Made by a program: the position numbers and the translations under genes
Source: a bacterium
GTDB lineage: Bacteria > SM23-31
Length of the DNA: 64,000 nt
Assembly: GCA_965249485.1 (NCBI GenBank)
Contig: OZ252239.1
Span: 544,001 to 608,000 of the forward strand
Reading direction: 5' to 3'
Notes under the pieces: model-generated
What the model saw: only the letters and a program-made list of their open reading frames with translations
What the model was told of the DNA's origin: nothing
Databases searched by the model: none
Part shown: positions 20,284 to 31,072 of the stretch, in pieces
How the letters are laid out: each line of letters opens with the position of its first letter
Position numbering within the stretch: the stretch's first letter is position 1

Positions 20284-21010
20284 ATGCATATGAAACAACA
20301 TTATATACATAATAAAACCACCGGAACAGTGAGACAGGTTACTGCTTTATTGACCATTCTGATTCTTGTAATCTGTATGGTTCAGACCGTACAGAGTCAG
20401 AACAGATTTCCCGATAAGCTGTATCCCCGGTTATCGACCTGGTCGGTTGACTGCAGGATTCTGAGCCTGACAGACTAAGCAGTGATTGTTTTGTTTCAGG
20501 GACGTGAAGCACCATCGGAAATACATCGGATATCATTGCTCAAAATCGAATATGAAAACGGCAGGCAGGTTATTTTTAACGAATTCGGACAGATTGCCGC
20601 TGAGGTTACACTCCCACAGCCCGCCGTTGTTGCGGATGTGCTGAATCCAGGTATCATCAAGCTCGAAAGCGGAGAAGAGGTTGTTTTAAACGGTGTTGAT
20701 TTCAGCCTTCCGACCGATTCAATTGGAACTGCGGCACTTTCAGGAAGGTACCCAATATGTACGGAAACTTATTCTGAGCCGTACGGTACAACTCCAGTTC
20801 GATATCCAGCGGCGGGATGAGTTCGGACGCATTCTCGCTTATGTAATTCTGCCGGGTGGGAGTATCCTCAATGCTGAAATCATAAAACGGGGATACTGCC
20901 GGGTGGACAGAGGGAGAATGCTGATCTATCTCGAGGATTTTAAAATGCTCGAAGCCGAGGCACAGCGGGAAAACAGAGGCATATGGAGTATCAACCCTTC
21001 GTATCAGTGA
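20284..21010 (+). pseudogene. Exported thermonuclease (SNase)-domain protein, disrupted
   Basis: Signal peptide, in-frame TAA at 20476-20478, same frame continues, +1 frameshift near 20720-20727 into RDEFGRILAYV...LNAEIIKRGY...EAEAQRENRGIWS. Confidence 0.75.
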
Positions 21011-21082
21011 AAGAATAATGAATTTTATTGTACGTAAATTTGCATGTGTGCCACCACAATGTTATGAGATATACATAGAATT

Positions 21083-21796
21083 ATGCAACCGATCACGACT
21101 ACAATAAGCGCTGTCTTATTCGATCTTGATAATACACTTTTTGATCATGACAAGGCTGAAGTTGAAGCGTTGAAAGAAGTCCATAGCCTTTATCATCAGA
21201 TTTTTAGCGGGGTGTCGTTTGAGACCTTTCACAGCAAATTCCGCGTCAATAATGATAAACTCTGGGAATTGCTTGTTGCGGGTGAAATAACCCGCTGGGA
21301 GAGCAGAGAAGAACGATTCTCCCGGACATTATCGGACTGCGGCCGTGACACTACTCTGGCCGGCGAGATGTTTTCAGCATATTTGAGTATCTATATCTAT
21401 TATCACTTTATGATTGATGGCACGGAAACACTTATACAAACGCTTCATAAAAACAACTACCGGCTCGGTATTATTACGAACGGTTTTACGACTGTGCAGG
21501 AAAACAAGATGGACCAGCTCGGTATCAGAGACTACTTTACGACAATTGTTATGTCGGAACATGTCGGTGTCATGAAGCCCAATCCGAAGATTTTCGACGT
21601 TGCATTACAATCGATAGGGTGTGAGGCTCATGAGTGTCTTTTCGTGGGAGACAGCTTCAGCAGTGATGTCAAGGGGGCAGTGAATGCCGGAATGCAGGCA
21701 GTATGGTTCAATCCAAGCGGGAAACCACCGTCAAATGGAAACGATATACACTATCATTCCATTACGCACCTCAAAGATATTTTGACGCTCCTGTAG
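21083..21796 (+). CDS. HAD-superfamily hydrolase, YjjG-like nucleotidase
   Basis: FDLDNTL, ITNG, KPNPKIF, VGDSFSSDVKGA. Confidence 0.9.
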   Translation: MQPITTTISAVLFDLDNTLFDHDKAEVEALKEVHSLYHQIFSGVSFETFHSKFRVNNDKLWELLVAGEITRWESREERFSRTLSDCGRDTTLAGEMFSAYLSIYIYYHFMIDGTETLIQTLHKNNYRLGIITNGFTTVQENKMDQLGIRDYFTTIVMSEHVGVMKPNPKIFDVALQSIGCEAHECLFVGDSFSSDVKGAVNAGMQAVWFNPSGKPPSNGNDIHYHSITHLKDILTLL

Positions 21797-21827
21797 AGAA
21801 AAGAAACTATCCACTTGATCCTTATAT

Positions 21828-21859
21828 AAAAAGACTCCCCGGCTTTCACCAGGGAGTCT
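21828..21859 (-). terminator. Rho-independent terminator of the DUF5610-like gene
   Basis: AGACTCCC...GGGAGTCT stem with GAAA loop followed by a T-run on the minus strand. Confidence 0.8.
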
Positions 21860-21936
21860 CTCCCATAATCGGGTAGTAGTTCGCCCTACTTTATCGCACC
21901 TACATTACGGGATATTTATATTGTGTCCATCCAACC

Positions 21937-22542
21937 TTATGCAAATTGTGACTGCATAAATTCCGAAATATCACCTCCACCGGCAAACATATCGAGAATT
22001 TCCATAACTTTCGCGCGTGTCTGCTGAACGATTTCCGGTAAATCACCAACCAACCCTTGTACATCTCCATAAGCCTGATTAATGATATCTTTCGCACGTG
22101 CTACAAATTCCTCTTTGTTCTGCCCCTCTTCAAACCGTGAAAAGTAGATATTCAGAATTCTGCGCGCTGTATTGTCAACATTGAAATACTCGGGTATTTC
22201 ACCTTTACTGATCTGCTCAACCGCCTCAGGATTCTTATCGAAAAAACTCGCAAGAAATTCCTTAACTTGTGCGAGAATTTCATTATGAATTTTTTCGCGG
22301 AGTTGAACGACGTTTACATTATCCGATGTTTCGACGGTTTTTGTCTCAGGCTGAGCAATTTCCTGAGTTGCGGACTTGCCGTTTTTATTATAAAAGGTAA
22401 AGTTCGTCTCAATTTCCGTGCGTTCAAATATGACGATTTCACTGCTGAAAGATGCCCTGCCACGCTCATTGTTTCCATGATTAAGGTGACGGTCTTTCCT
22501 TATATCAGATGCAACCTGATTTGGAACGGTTCCAACTTCCAT
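21937..22542 (-). CDS. Hypothetical protein with DUF5610-like C-terminal domain
   Basis: ATG 22542 with AAGGAGGA RBS; YFNVDNTARRIL...EEF...INQAYGDV...LPEIVQQT...LDMF resembles DUF5610 (from memory). Confidence 0.6.
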   Translation of the reverse strand: MEVGTVPNQVASDIRKDRHLNHGNNERGRASFSSEIVIFERTEIETNFTFYNKNGKSATQEIAQPETKTVETSDNVNVVQLREKIHNEILAQVKEFLASFFDKNPEAVEQISKGEIPEYFNVDNTARRILNIYFSRFEEGQNKEEFVARAKDIINQAYGDVQGLVGDLPEIVQQTRAKVMEILDMFAGGGDISEFMQSQFA

Positions 22543-22721
22543 GCTGTCCTCCTTCAATAATACTAATACAATCAATGCATAGAAAACATTGCAAAACAAA
22601 GAAAACGATTATTAAGAGCTACCTGGGAGGTTTGAGATTTTGAGAGTCAAAAGTCGCTTGTAGTTGCTGTGCCGGGCTTCCCGATCAATCCTTAATCAGA
22701 GTGAGCCTCCTTACAACGTTA

Positions 22722-22749
22722 CTATCGGCAGTTCTGAACTAAATATTTA
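22722..22749 (-). promoter_or_regulatory. Putative sigma28 (FliA/SigD) promoter
   Basis: TAAA-N16-GCCGATAG about 180 nt upstream of the DUF5610-like start. Confidence 0.55.
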
Positions 22750-23130
22750 TTTTTTTGGAGATTTATTTTATTATCGCTCTGTATATACATCAGAAAAAGG
22801 CTGTTCGTGAACGATTGCACCGGCGGTTTTTTCACTGTACCCTGTGAGAATCACAGCTACGGTTGCATTGTAATTCGTGGTAATATAGTGGTGAACAAAT
22901 AGTTTTTGATTTGGTGTGGATTCTTTGGATGATATTGGCACTCTTACTTCCACATTTTGCTAATCAGACCAAATCATTAAACTGATGAAATATAAGTGTG
23001 ATAGTGGCAAATATGGATGAACAACCGCTACAAATTGTAGTAGTTTAATGATGATGCGTTTGGAGGATAATTTATTGGACAGCTTGTGGTTTTTGTTTGA
23101 TTGATATAAAAAAAGCTCATGATTAAATTA

Positions 23131-23316
23131 CTAATTTATCATTTTAACTCCAGCATAGTGCACATTATTTTTTGTATTTGGATGATTTCTTAACCAACGT
23201 TTCTTAAATTTATTCCACGCCCCAAATGCTGAACCTGCACAAATGGAAATTTTAAATATTTCAGGATTTTTATCAAGTGTATAGTAGATAATATATTCAT
23301 TGAGTGATTGACTCAT
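23131..23316 (-). CDS. Small AT-rich hypothetical protein
   Basis: 61 aa ORF downstream of and co-oriented with the DinB gene; no motif recognised. Confidence 0.35.
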   Translation of the reverse strand: MSQSLNEYIIYYTLDKNPEIFKISICAGSAFGAWNKFKKRWLRNHPNTKNNVHYAGVKMIN

Positions 23317-23367
23317 TATTTCTATAATATTAATTGAGTTAGTATCAATAACAAAATCTGATAATAA

Positions 23368-23865
23368 TTACCCCATTTTCCAATCAAGTCCTAAACTTTT
23401 TCTGTATAATGAAAGTTGTCCTATATGGTAGGATTCATGCATTTGCAAAAAACCGATCGCATTAGCAATAGTATTTTCCTTGTTTGGAAACCACATTGGA
23501 GCATCAGCAGTGAGGTCTTCATCTGTTAGTTTTGGAAGATGGTTCATCATTAACGTTGTTTGTTCATGCCATTTCCCTATTAAAACGCTTAATTTTAGAT
23601 ATGTTTTTTCCGGATTATAGGATTGATCTTTTCCACCACTGTATTCCGGATGTCCAAATTCTTCTTTAGCTCCTGCTAATGAAGCAATATAATTTCTTGA
23701 TCCAACAATATGTCCGACTATCCAATTGAATGCGTTAGTACAACCATCCAAAACTATTGCGGCTTGTTCATCTGTTATATCTTTAGTAACATTATTGAAC
23801 ATCATGTTGTTAAATTCTAAAGCTGATACTACAGGTTTTATCTTTTCGTTCATCAATTTATCCAT
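23368..23865 (-). CDS. DinB/YfiT-family protein
   Basis: NWIVGHI and HESYHIGQL His triad. Confidence 0.85.
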   Translation of the reverse strand: MDKLMNEKIKPVVSALEFNNMMFNNVTKDITDEQAAIVLDGCTNAFNWIVGHIVGSRNYIASLAGAKEEFGHPEYSGGKDQSYNPEKTYLKLSVLIGKWHEQTTLMMNHLPKLTDEDLTADAPMWFPNKENTIANAIGFLQMHESYHIGQLSLYRKSLGLDWKMG

Positions 23866-24434
23866 TTTAAAAATGAGACACTATGTATTTCGATATAAGA
23901 TCTATCAGTAAAAATATCTGTTATCTTTGCAAAGAAATTACTACCCCCCGGAATACTGTTGTATTTATAGCTACAATATAACCTTCTACCTCTCCCGATA
24001 CTAATATTTTTTTGTCTCTGATTTCTCTCGGCCGGTTGTAATGGCCACTTCTTTTAAAGAGTCAATATACCCAATTTTTTCTGAAGTGCTTCTAATCGTT
24101 ACTTTTACTCCGACCAATTTCTTTTGCTACTCCCATTACGGCATCTTCGTACTCCTGATTTATCATTCTGCAGTGAAATAATCCATCATCAATATAAATT
24201 CGCATTTATCGCCTGTATATTAAATTAAAATGAATATTTCAAGAATATCACACATTAAGCCAATGCAAACCGGGGCAAAACTTAAGCTTAAATTGTAATA
24301 TTCCGATTATAATAGTGGAGACAGATGAGTCTGTTACCATGAACGTGTTGAGGATGAGGAATAAATGGTATCGTGCGGTTGTACATAATGCCGCAGATGC
24401 ATGTGTAATCCTACTAAGTTTGGGGGTGGTTCAT

Positions 24435-24616
24435 GTGTATGGTGAGATCGGCAGTTTAAATGTCGTAACAGCAGTAGCATCAAATTTTCAGAATAAGAGG
24501 CATAATTGACAGAGTGCAAAAAAGAGAAGAAGAAATTCGCAGATATCCTCGAGGAAAAGGCAGACCAGGAGCAGCAGCCAAAAGACGAGCACGGACATAT
24601 TGACCTCAAATCTTAA
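24435..24616 (+). pseudogene. Decayed small charged protein ending GHIDLKS
   Basis: GTG-YGEIGSLNVV... stops at TGA 24507; protein-like KKEKKKFADILEEKADQEQQPKDEHGHIDLKS* continues in the -1 frame across an A-run. Confidence 0.35.
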
Positions 24617-24796
24617 TCTCCGGTCACAAATTCACCGGCAGCCGTTTGAGAATCCACATATTTTTTCCTCTGAGCCGAGTGATCTTGAGTGTTCGACGAG
24701 GTCAGCTGTACGGTTCCGCGCTTTTTCAAATCTACCAGACTGTGCGGTATTGATTTAGAATAATGTAGATTGGCCGTACCAAACAGGTTTTTTCAT
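24613..24796 (-). pseudogene. Possible remnant of an MBL-fold metallo-hydrolase N-terminus
   Basis: MKKPVWYGQSTLF*INT...TADLV then SNTQDHSA in another frame, resembling W-Y-G-H/Q-S...AD-x-V-x-x-S-H-x-H-x-D-H. Confidence 0.3.
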
Positions 24797-24802
24797 TCTG
24801 TA

Positions 24803-25117
24803 CTATTTTTTTCTAAAGATGCCAATAATCAGCAGTGCTATTGACGCAATACCTGTCAATACTGTACCACCCGCAGCATATACTTTCCAGCCAACTATAC
24901 CTTCTTCAATGAGTCTTCCGGATATAAACGTATTAAACCAGTAGAGAAGAAAAGCGAATACAACAACTGCAGAAACAATTGAGTTGCGGCGTGCAGCATG
25001 AAATGATTCATCACTCAGGTTTCGTTTTCCGATGCGTACTTTAAAAAAGATGATTCCGGCTAGAAGTAAAACGATGACAAAACTTGAGACTAATGAGAAC
25101 ATGGCAGATGTCGACAT
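24803..25117 (-). CDS. Small membrane protein (about 3 TM)
   Basis: ATG 25117 with GAGGA upstream; three hydrophobic segments. Confidence 0.65.
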   Translation of the reverse strand: MSTSAMFSLVSSFVIVLLLAGIIFFKVRIGKRNLSDESFHAARRNSIVSAVVVFAFLLYWFNTFISGRLIEEGIVGWKVYAAGGTVLTGIASIALLIIGIFRKK

Positions 25118-25357
25118 ACGATACGTTTCCTCGTAATGTGCTATCGTTGTGAGACGCGCTAAAGTAACAATTCCATTGACAAATGACAATTTATTTTCTA
25201 TTTTTTGTTTTTTCTTATCGGTGCACCTAAATTTAGTGCCTTGAAGTGCTGTGAAAATTCCAGCACTGTAGTATATTTATCCAGATTTGTTAGCATCGTC
25301 TCCCACCGGCATCTTTTCACGTATTACCGTTGATTCGTATTAATCATTAAGGATTAT

Positions 25358-26800
25358 ATGGATTTTTTCGACCAACTTATAGCATCCGCTGCAAGTAACT
25401 TCTGGAGTGTGTTCTGGTGGTTGGGTCCGATTCCTATTCCCGGACCGATTTTCATGCTTCTTGGGACCGGTCTTATTCTCACTTTTTCCACAACAGGAAT
25501 TCAATTTCGCAAACTTTTTACCGGATTCCGGCTTGTATCCGAAGGAGCACTGCGAAAAGACCATTCCGAGAGTGATGCCGGTGACATATCACCGTTTCAG
25601 GCATTGATGACATCGCTCGCTGCTACCGTCGGCAACGGAAATATTGCCGGTGTTGCTACGGCGATTGCATCCGGCGGGCCGGGAGCGCTGTTCTGGATGT
25701 GGATTACGGCACTGTTCGGGATGGCAACCAAATATTCAGAGGCAGTCCTTGCTATCCATTTTCGAACAACCGCCGAAGACGGTTCCATGTCGGGCGGCCC
25801 GATGCATTATATCCGGAAAGGGCTGTCATCAATTCCTTTTTTGAAGCATATTGCCGCTCCGTTAGCCGGGGCATTCGCACTGCTTGGCGCCTGGTCGGCA
25901 CTCGTCGGAACAGGCAATATGATGCAGTCGAACTCTATGGCACTTGCATTTAACAAGCAGATGGGTATCCCGTTCTGGCTGACCGGGATTGTTGTTACAG
26001 TTTTGACCACGCTTGTTATTATCGGAGGTATTAGGCGGATCGGAAAAACCGCTGAGTTTCTCGTACCGGCAATGGTTTTTCTCTATATTTTTAGTGCACT
26101 GTATATCATTATCATTCATTTTGAAGAAATTCCGGCAGCATTCGCTTTAATTATCGAGAGTGCGTTTTCACCTCAGGCAGCTATCGGCGGCTTTGCCGGT
26201 CATACCGTGCGGCAGGCATTACAATACGGTGTTAGGCGGGGGCTTTTGTCGAACGAATCGGGGCTTGGAAGTGCTCCGATTGCGCATGCAGCGTCGAAGG
26301 CTCGAAATCCGGTACGGCAAGGGATCATTGCAATGATGGGTACCTTTATCGATACCATTGTAGTTTGTACGATGACCGGGCTCATTATTATCATGACTGG
26401 CGCGTACCTGGTTCCTGATCTGTCTCTTCAAGGTGCGACACTGACGAGTACCGCACTGACGACGCACGCATTCAGTACCGATATTCCGGTTGTCGGGGGA
26501 ACAATCGTAGCATTTTCTTCCGCTTTATTCGGCTATTCGACACTTTTGGGGTGGTACTATTATGGTGAGCGGTGTTTTGAGTATTTATTCGGTTTAAAAA
26601 CAATACGCTATTACAAAACTATTTATGTTATTTTGACGTTTGTAGGAAGTATGCTTCAAGGTGAATATCTTCAGATTGTATGGAATATCGGGGATCTGGT
26701 AAACGGACTGATGGCCGTTCCGAATCTTTTGGGGCTGATTTGCTTAAGCGGTTTGGTTTATAAAATCACAACGGAATATATCAAAGAAAATAAAATATAA
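25358..26800 (+). CDS. Sodium:alanine/glycine symporter (AGCS family), copy 1
   Basis: ISPFQAL, TVGNGNIAGVATAI, GGPGALFWMW, SNESGLGSAP, FIDT. Confidence 0.95.
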   Translation: MDFFDQLIASAASNFWSVFWWLGPIPIPGPIFMLLGTGLILTFSTTGIQFRKLFTGFRLVSEGALRKDHSESDAGDISPFQALMTSLAATVGNGNIAGVATAIASGGPGALFWMWITALFGMATKYSEAVLAIHFRTTAEDGSMSGGPMHYIRKGLSSIPFLKHIAAPLAGAFALLGAWSALVGTGNMMQSNSMALAFNKQMGIPFWLTGIVVTVLTTLVIIGGIRRIGKTAEFLVPAMVFLYIFSALYIIIIHFEEIPAAFALIIESAFSPQAAIGGFAGHTVRQALQYGVRRGLLSNESGLGSAPIAHAASKARNPVRQGIIAMMGTFIDTIVVCTMTGLIIIMTGAYLVPDLSLQGATLTSTALTTHAFSTDIPVVGGTIVAFSSALFGYSTLLGWYYYGERCFEYLFGLKTIRYYKTIYVILTFVGSMLQGEYLQIVWNIGDLVNGLMAVPNLLGLICLSGLVYKITTEYIKENKI

Positions 26801-26939
26801 TATGGAAGTCTACGCATTAGGGACGAATATGCGAAGTACGTATATTAATGGTATGTTTATGATCAAAAATTGTGAGGTTCATACACGATGTGAATGGTCA
26901 GAAACTGCCGTGAACATAACAAGAAGGATTGGATAGCTT

Positions 26940-28352
26940 ATGGATGCCTTTACCAATTTTATTTCAGCTGCTGCAGCAAATTTCTGGAACACATATACCA
27001 TTGCCCTTCTTATCGGAACGGGTATTTTATTGACTTTTGCCACCCGATTCATACAGGTGAGAAAATTTTATCTTGGATTCCGGTTTACCATGCTCGGTGC
27101 GCTCCGTAAAGATGAATCGGCCAAAGATACGGGTGACATCACTCCGTTTCAGGCACTGATGACGTCGCTTTCTTCTACGGTGGGGAACGGCAATATTGCC
27201 GGTGTAGCGACAGCCATCGCTTCCGGCGGTCCTGGCGCTGTTTTCTGGATGTGGATTACCGCAGTTGTCGGTATGGCAACAAAATATTCCGAAGCTGTAT
27301 TGGCTGTTCACTACCGGAAAACTGCTGAAGATGGCTCCATGTCCGGCGGCCCGATGTATTACATACGAAAAGGTTTTCAGGACAGACCGATATTAAAACA
27401 TTTCGCCGCACCACTCGCAGGTCTCTTTGCGTTTTTCGGCGCATGGACTGCAATTTTCGGTACAGGTAACATGGTCCAAACGAATTCGATGGCACTCGCA
27501 TTCAATCAGCAGCTGGGTGTCGATTTTTGGATCACCGGTCTTGTTATAGCAATCCTTGTCGGAACGGTTATTATCGGCGGTATAAAACGCATCGGTAAAA
27601 CTGCAGAACTGCTGGTCCCGTCTATGATTCTGATCTATTTCTTGAGTGCATTGTACATCATCATAACTCATGCATCAGCAATTCCCGGTGCTCTGAAATG
27701 GATCGTTGTCAGTGCATTTACACCGCAGGCAGCTGTCGGCGGGTTTATCGGTCACTCTGTCCGGCAGGCACTCCAGTTCGGCGTTCGGCGCGGACTCCTT
27801 TCGAATGAATCGGGACTCGGTTCGTCTCCAATTGCGCATGCTGCGTCGAAGGCTCGAAATCCGGTGCGGCAAGGGATCATTGCAATGATGGGTACCTTTA
27901 CCGATACCATCGTTGTCTGTACATTGACCTCACTGGTTATTCTTCTTACCGGAGCCTATGTCACACCCGATCCCTCAGTTCCCGGCAATACGCTGACAAG
28001 TACGGCACTTACGGCACATGCCTTCAGTACATCGATACCATATTTCGGTGGTAAAATCGTTGCCTTCTCATCTGCTTTGTTCGGATTTTCAACACTGATC
28101 GGATGGTACTACTACGGCGAACGGTGCTTTGAATACCTGTTTGGCCTTAAGATGATAAATTTCTACAAAGCTGTCTTTGTTATCTTTGCATTTTTTGGGG
28201 CGATTCTTCAGGGTGAACAGCTACAGATTGTATGGAATGTCGGTGACCTTTCGAACGGTCTTATGGCGGCACCAAACCTGATCGGCTTGATCTTTCTGAG
28301 CGGTATGGTTTATAAAATTACCAATGAGTACATTAAAGGAGATAAAGTATAA
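26940..28352 (+). CDS. Sodium:alanine/glycine symporter (AGCS family), copy 2
   Basis: Same motifs as copy 1; tandem paralog. Confidence 0.95.
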   Translation: MDAFTNFISAAAANFWNTYTIALLIGTGILLTFATRFIQVRKFYLGFRFTMLGALRKDESAKDTGDITPFQALMTSLSSTVGNGNIAGVATAIASGGPGAVFWMWITAVVGMATKYSEAVLAVHYRKTAEDGSMSGGPMYYIRKGFQDRPILKHFAAPLAGLFAFFGAWTAIFGTGNMVQTNSMALAFNQQLGVDFWITGLVIAILVGTVIIGGIKRIGKTAELLVPSMILIYFLSALYIIITHASAIPGALKWIVVSAFTPQAAVGGFIGHSVRQALQFGVRRGLLSNESGLGSSPIAHAASKARNPVRQGIIAMMGTFTDTIVVCTLTSLVILLTGAYVTPDPSVPGNTLTSTALTAHAFSTSIPYFGGKIVAFSSALFGFSTLIGWYYYGERCFEYLFGLKMINFYKAVFVIFAFFGAILQGEQLQIVWNVGDLSNGLMAAPNLIGLIFLSGMVYKITNEYIKGDKV

Positions 28353-28428
28353 CCAAACAGTTGTTGAGGTCTATTCTGAAACTCCGATACCAACATGGTT
28401 TTCAGTGGGATAAATTGCTACTTATTGC

Positions 28429-28457
28429 TTGTATCTATAAGACGGCAGTCGTATATT
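28429..28457 (+). promoter_or_regulatory. sigma70-type promoter for mdh
   Basis: TTGTAT-N17-TATATT. Confidence 0.5.
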
Positions 28458-28584
28458 GAGACTGATAGTCTTCTTAAAAACACATCGCAAAACGATATCC
28501 CAACCTTTCTCTCCATAAACGGTTTGAAAGCATGACACATTAAAGGTATTAAAAAATCCAATTTCTGTTATTACACATTTTTAG

Positions 28585-29517
<933 letters not shown>

Positions 29518-29610
29518 TAAAGTAAAACGACGACTAAAACGTTTCACATTCTGATTGCAGTAGGTTACGAAGCCTCATATTCTGTCGAACATTGATAACG
29601 ATGAAGATAT

Positions 29611-29649
29611 TAGCGGTCGGGGCAAACATGTCCCGCCGCTATTTTTTTT
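29611..29649 (+). terminator. Rho-independent terminator after mdh
   Basis: TAGCGG-T-CGGGGCA...TGTCCCG-CCGCTA stem followed by T8. Confidence 0.85.
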
Positions 29650-29731
29650 ATTAACACGATTTATCGCACCAGTACCTCACTGTTATCACTATCAGTGAAA
29701 GGCTCAGTCCGTGTATGCGGATTGTTTCAAT

Positions 29732-31072
29732 TTGAACGAATCCCCTACATTACTGCGTAAAATCAAGCTTCCACATGCTACCGCTATGGTTGCAGGTACC
29801 ATTATCGGTGCATCGATTTTTGTCCAGCCGTCGGAAATAACCGGATAGGTCCCATCAATAACAATGGTATTTGTTGTATGGGCAGCAGCAGGTCTGCTTA
29901 CGCTCTTTGGAGCACTTGTCAGTGCAGAATTGTCCTCTATTTTCACCCAGTCCGGCGGTGTCTATGTCTACCTGAAAGAAGCATTTTCGCCATCAATTGG
30001 ATTTCTATGGGGATGGGCGATGTTTTGGAGCATGCATTCCGGGATTATCGCCGCATTGGCAGTTATTCTCGCACGATATGTGGGTTATTTTATTCCGCTT
30101 GGTGACATAGGTATCAAAGGTACTGCTATAAGTGTTATCATTCTTCTCTCTGTAATTAATTATATCGGCGTTAAACAGGGAAGTACGCTTCAGACACTTT
30201 TCACCTTTGGGAAGATTTTCGTTATTGCCGTGCTCATCATTGTCGGTTTTATACTGGGTGGAAAACTGGAAGACCATTTTTCTACCGGAACACTGGAGAA
30301 CACGTCGATAACGGTGGAGAATTTCATTCTTGCACTTATAGCCGGTCTTTTTGCATTCGGCGGTTGGCATATGGTAGCATACAACTCCGAAGAGACTGTT
30401 AATCCCCGTAGAACGATTCCCAGGGCGCTGATTTTCGGAACATTGATTGTTACAGTGTGCTACATCGCTCTCAATGCAGTTTATCTGTACATTCTGCCTC
30501 TCGATGTTGTTGCATCATCCACCAGGATTGCCGCGGATGTTGCTGAAAAATTGACCGGATTCGGAGGTGGCGGCATGCTCTCTTCCATCGTAATATTTTC
30601 GATATTTGGTTCATTAAGCGGCATAATTTTGGCAGGTCCAAGAGTCTATTATGCCATGTCGCAAGACGGTCTGTTGTTCAAATGGATCGGCTCAATTCAC
30701 CCAGTCTACCGCACTCCGTCGCGGGCAATCGTACTGCAAGCGGTGTGGTCTTCATTTCTTGTGGCAACGGGGACTTTCCGAGGGCTATTCACACGGGTCA
30801 TTTATACTGAATGGCTATTTTTCGGACTTATGGCTATCACTCTGTTTATATTCCGTCGGAGAGTTGACTTAAAGCGTGACTATCATGTATGGGGATATCC
30901 CGTCGTGCCGGCCCTTTTTAGTTTTTCATGTTTTGCAATTGTCATCAGCCTGATATTTTCCGATCCTGTCAACAGTTTAATTGGACTGTCGTTCGTTGCT
31001 GCGGGATTACCGATATATTACATTTGGGTTAAAAGCACATCAGAAGGGAACAAGAGACATGCAGATCATTGA
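29732..31072 (+). pseudogene. APC-family amino acid permease interrupted by an in-frame amber codon
   Basis: TTG 29732 frame gives LLRKIKLPHATAMVAGTIIGASIFVQP (TM1), TAG at 29846-29848, then the same frame continues (AELSS, GGVYVY, FAFGGW, EETVNPRR, GPRVYYAM). Confidence 0.8.

Noticed and set aside
25190..25357. Glycine riboswitch upstream of the AGCS genes
   Set aside because: Lacks the GGAGA/CCGAAG/CTCTCAGG core; only a 7-bp inverted repeat (AGTGCTG/CAGCACT)
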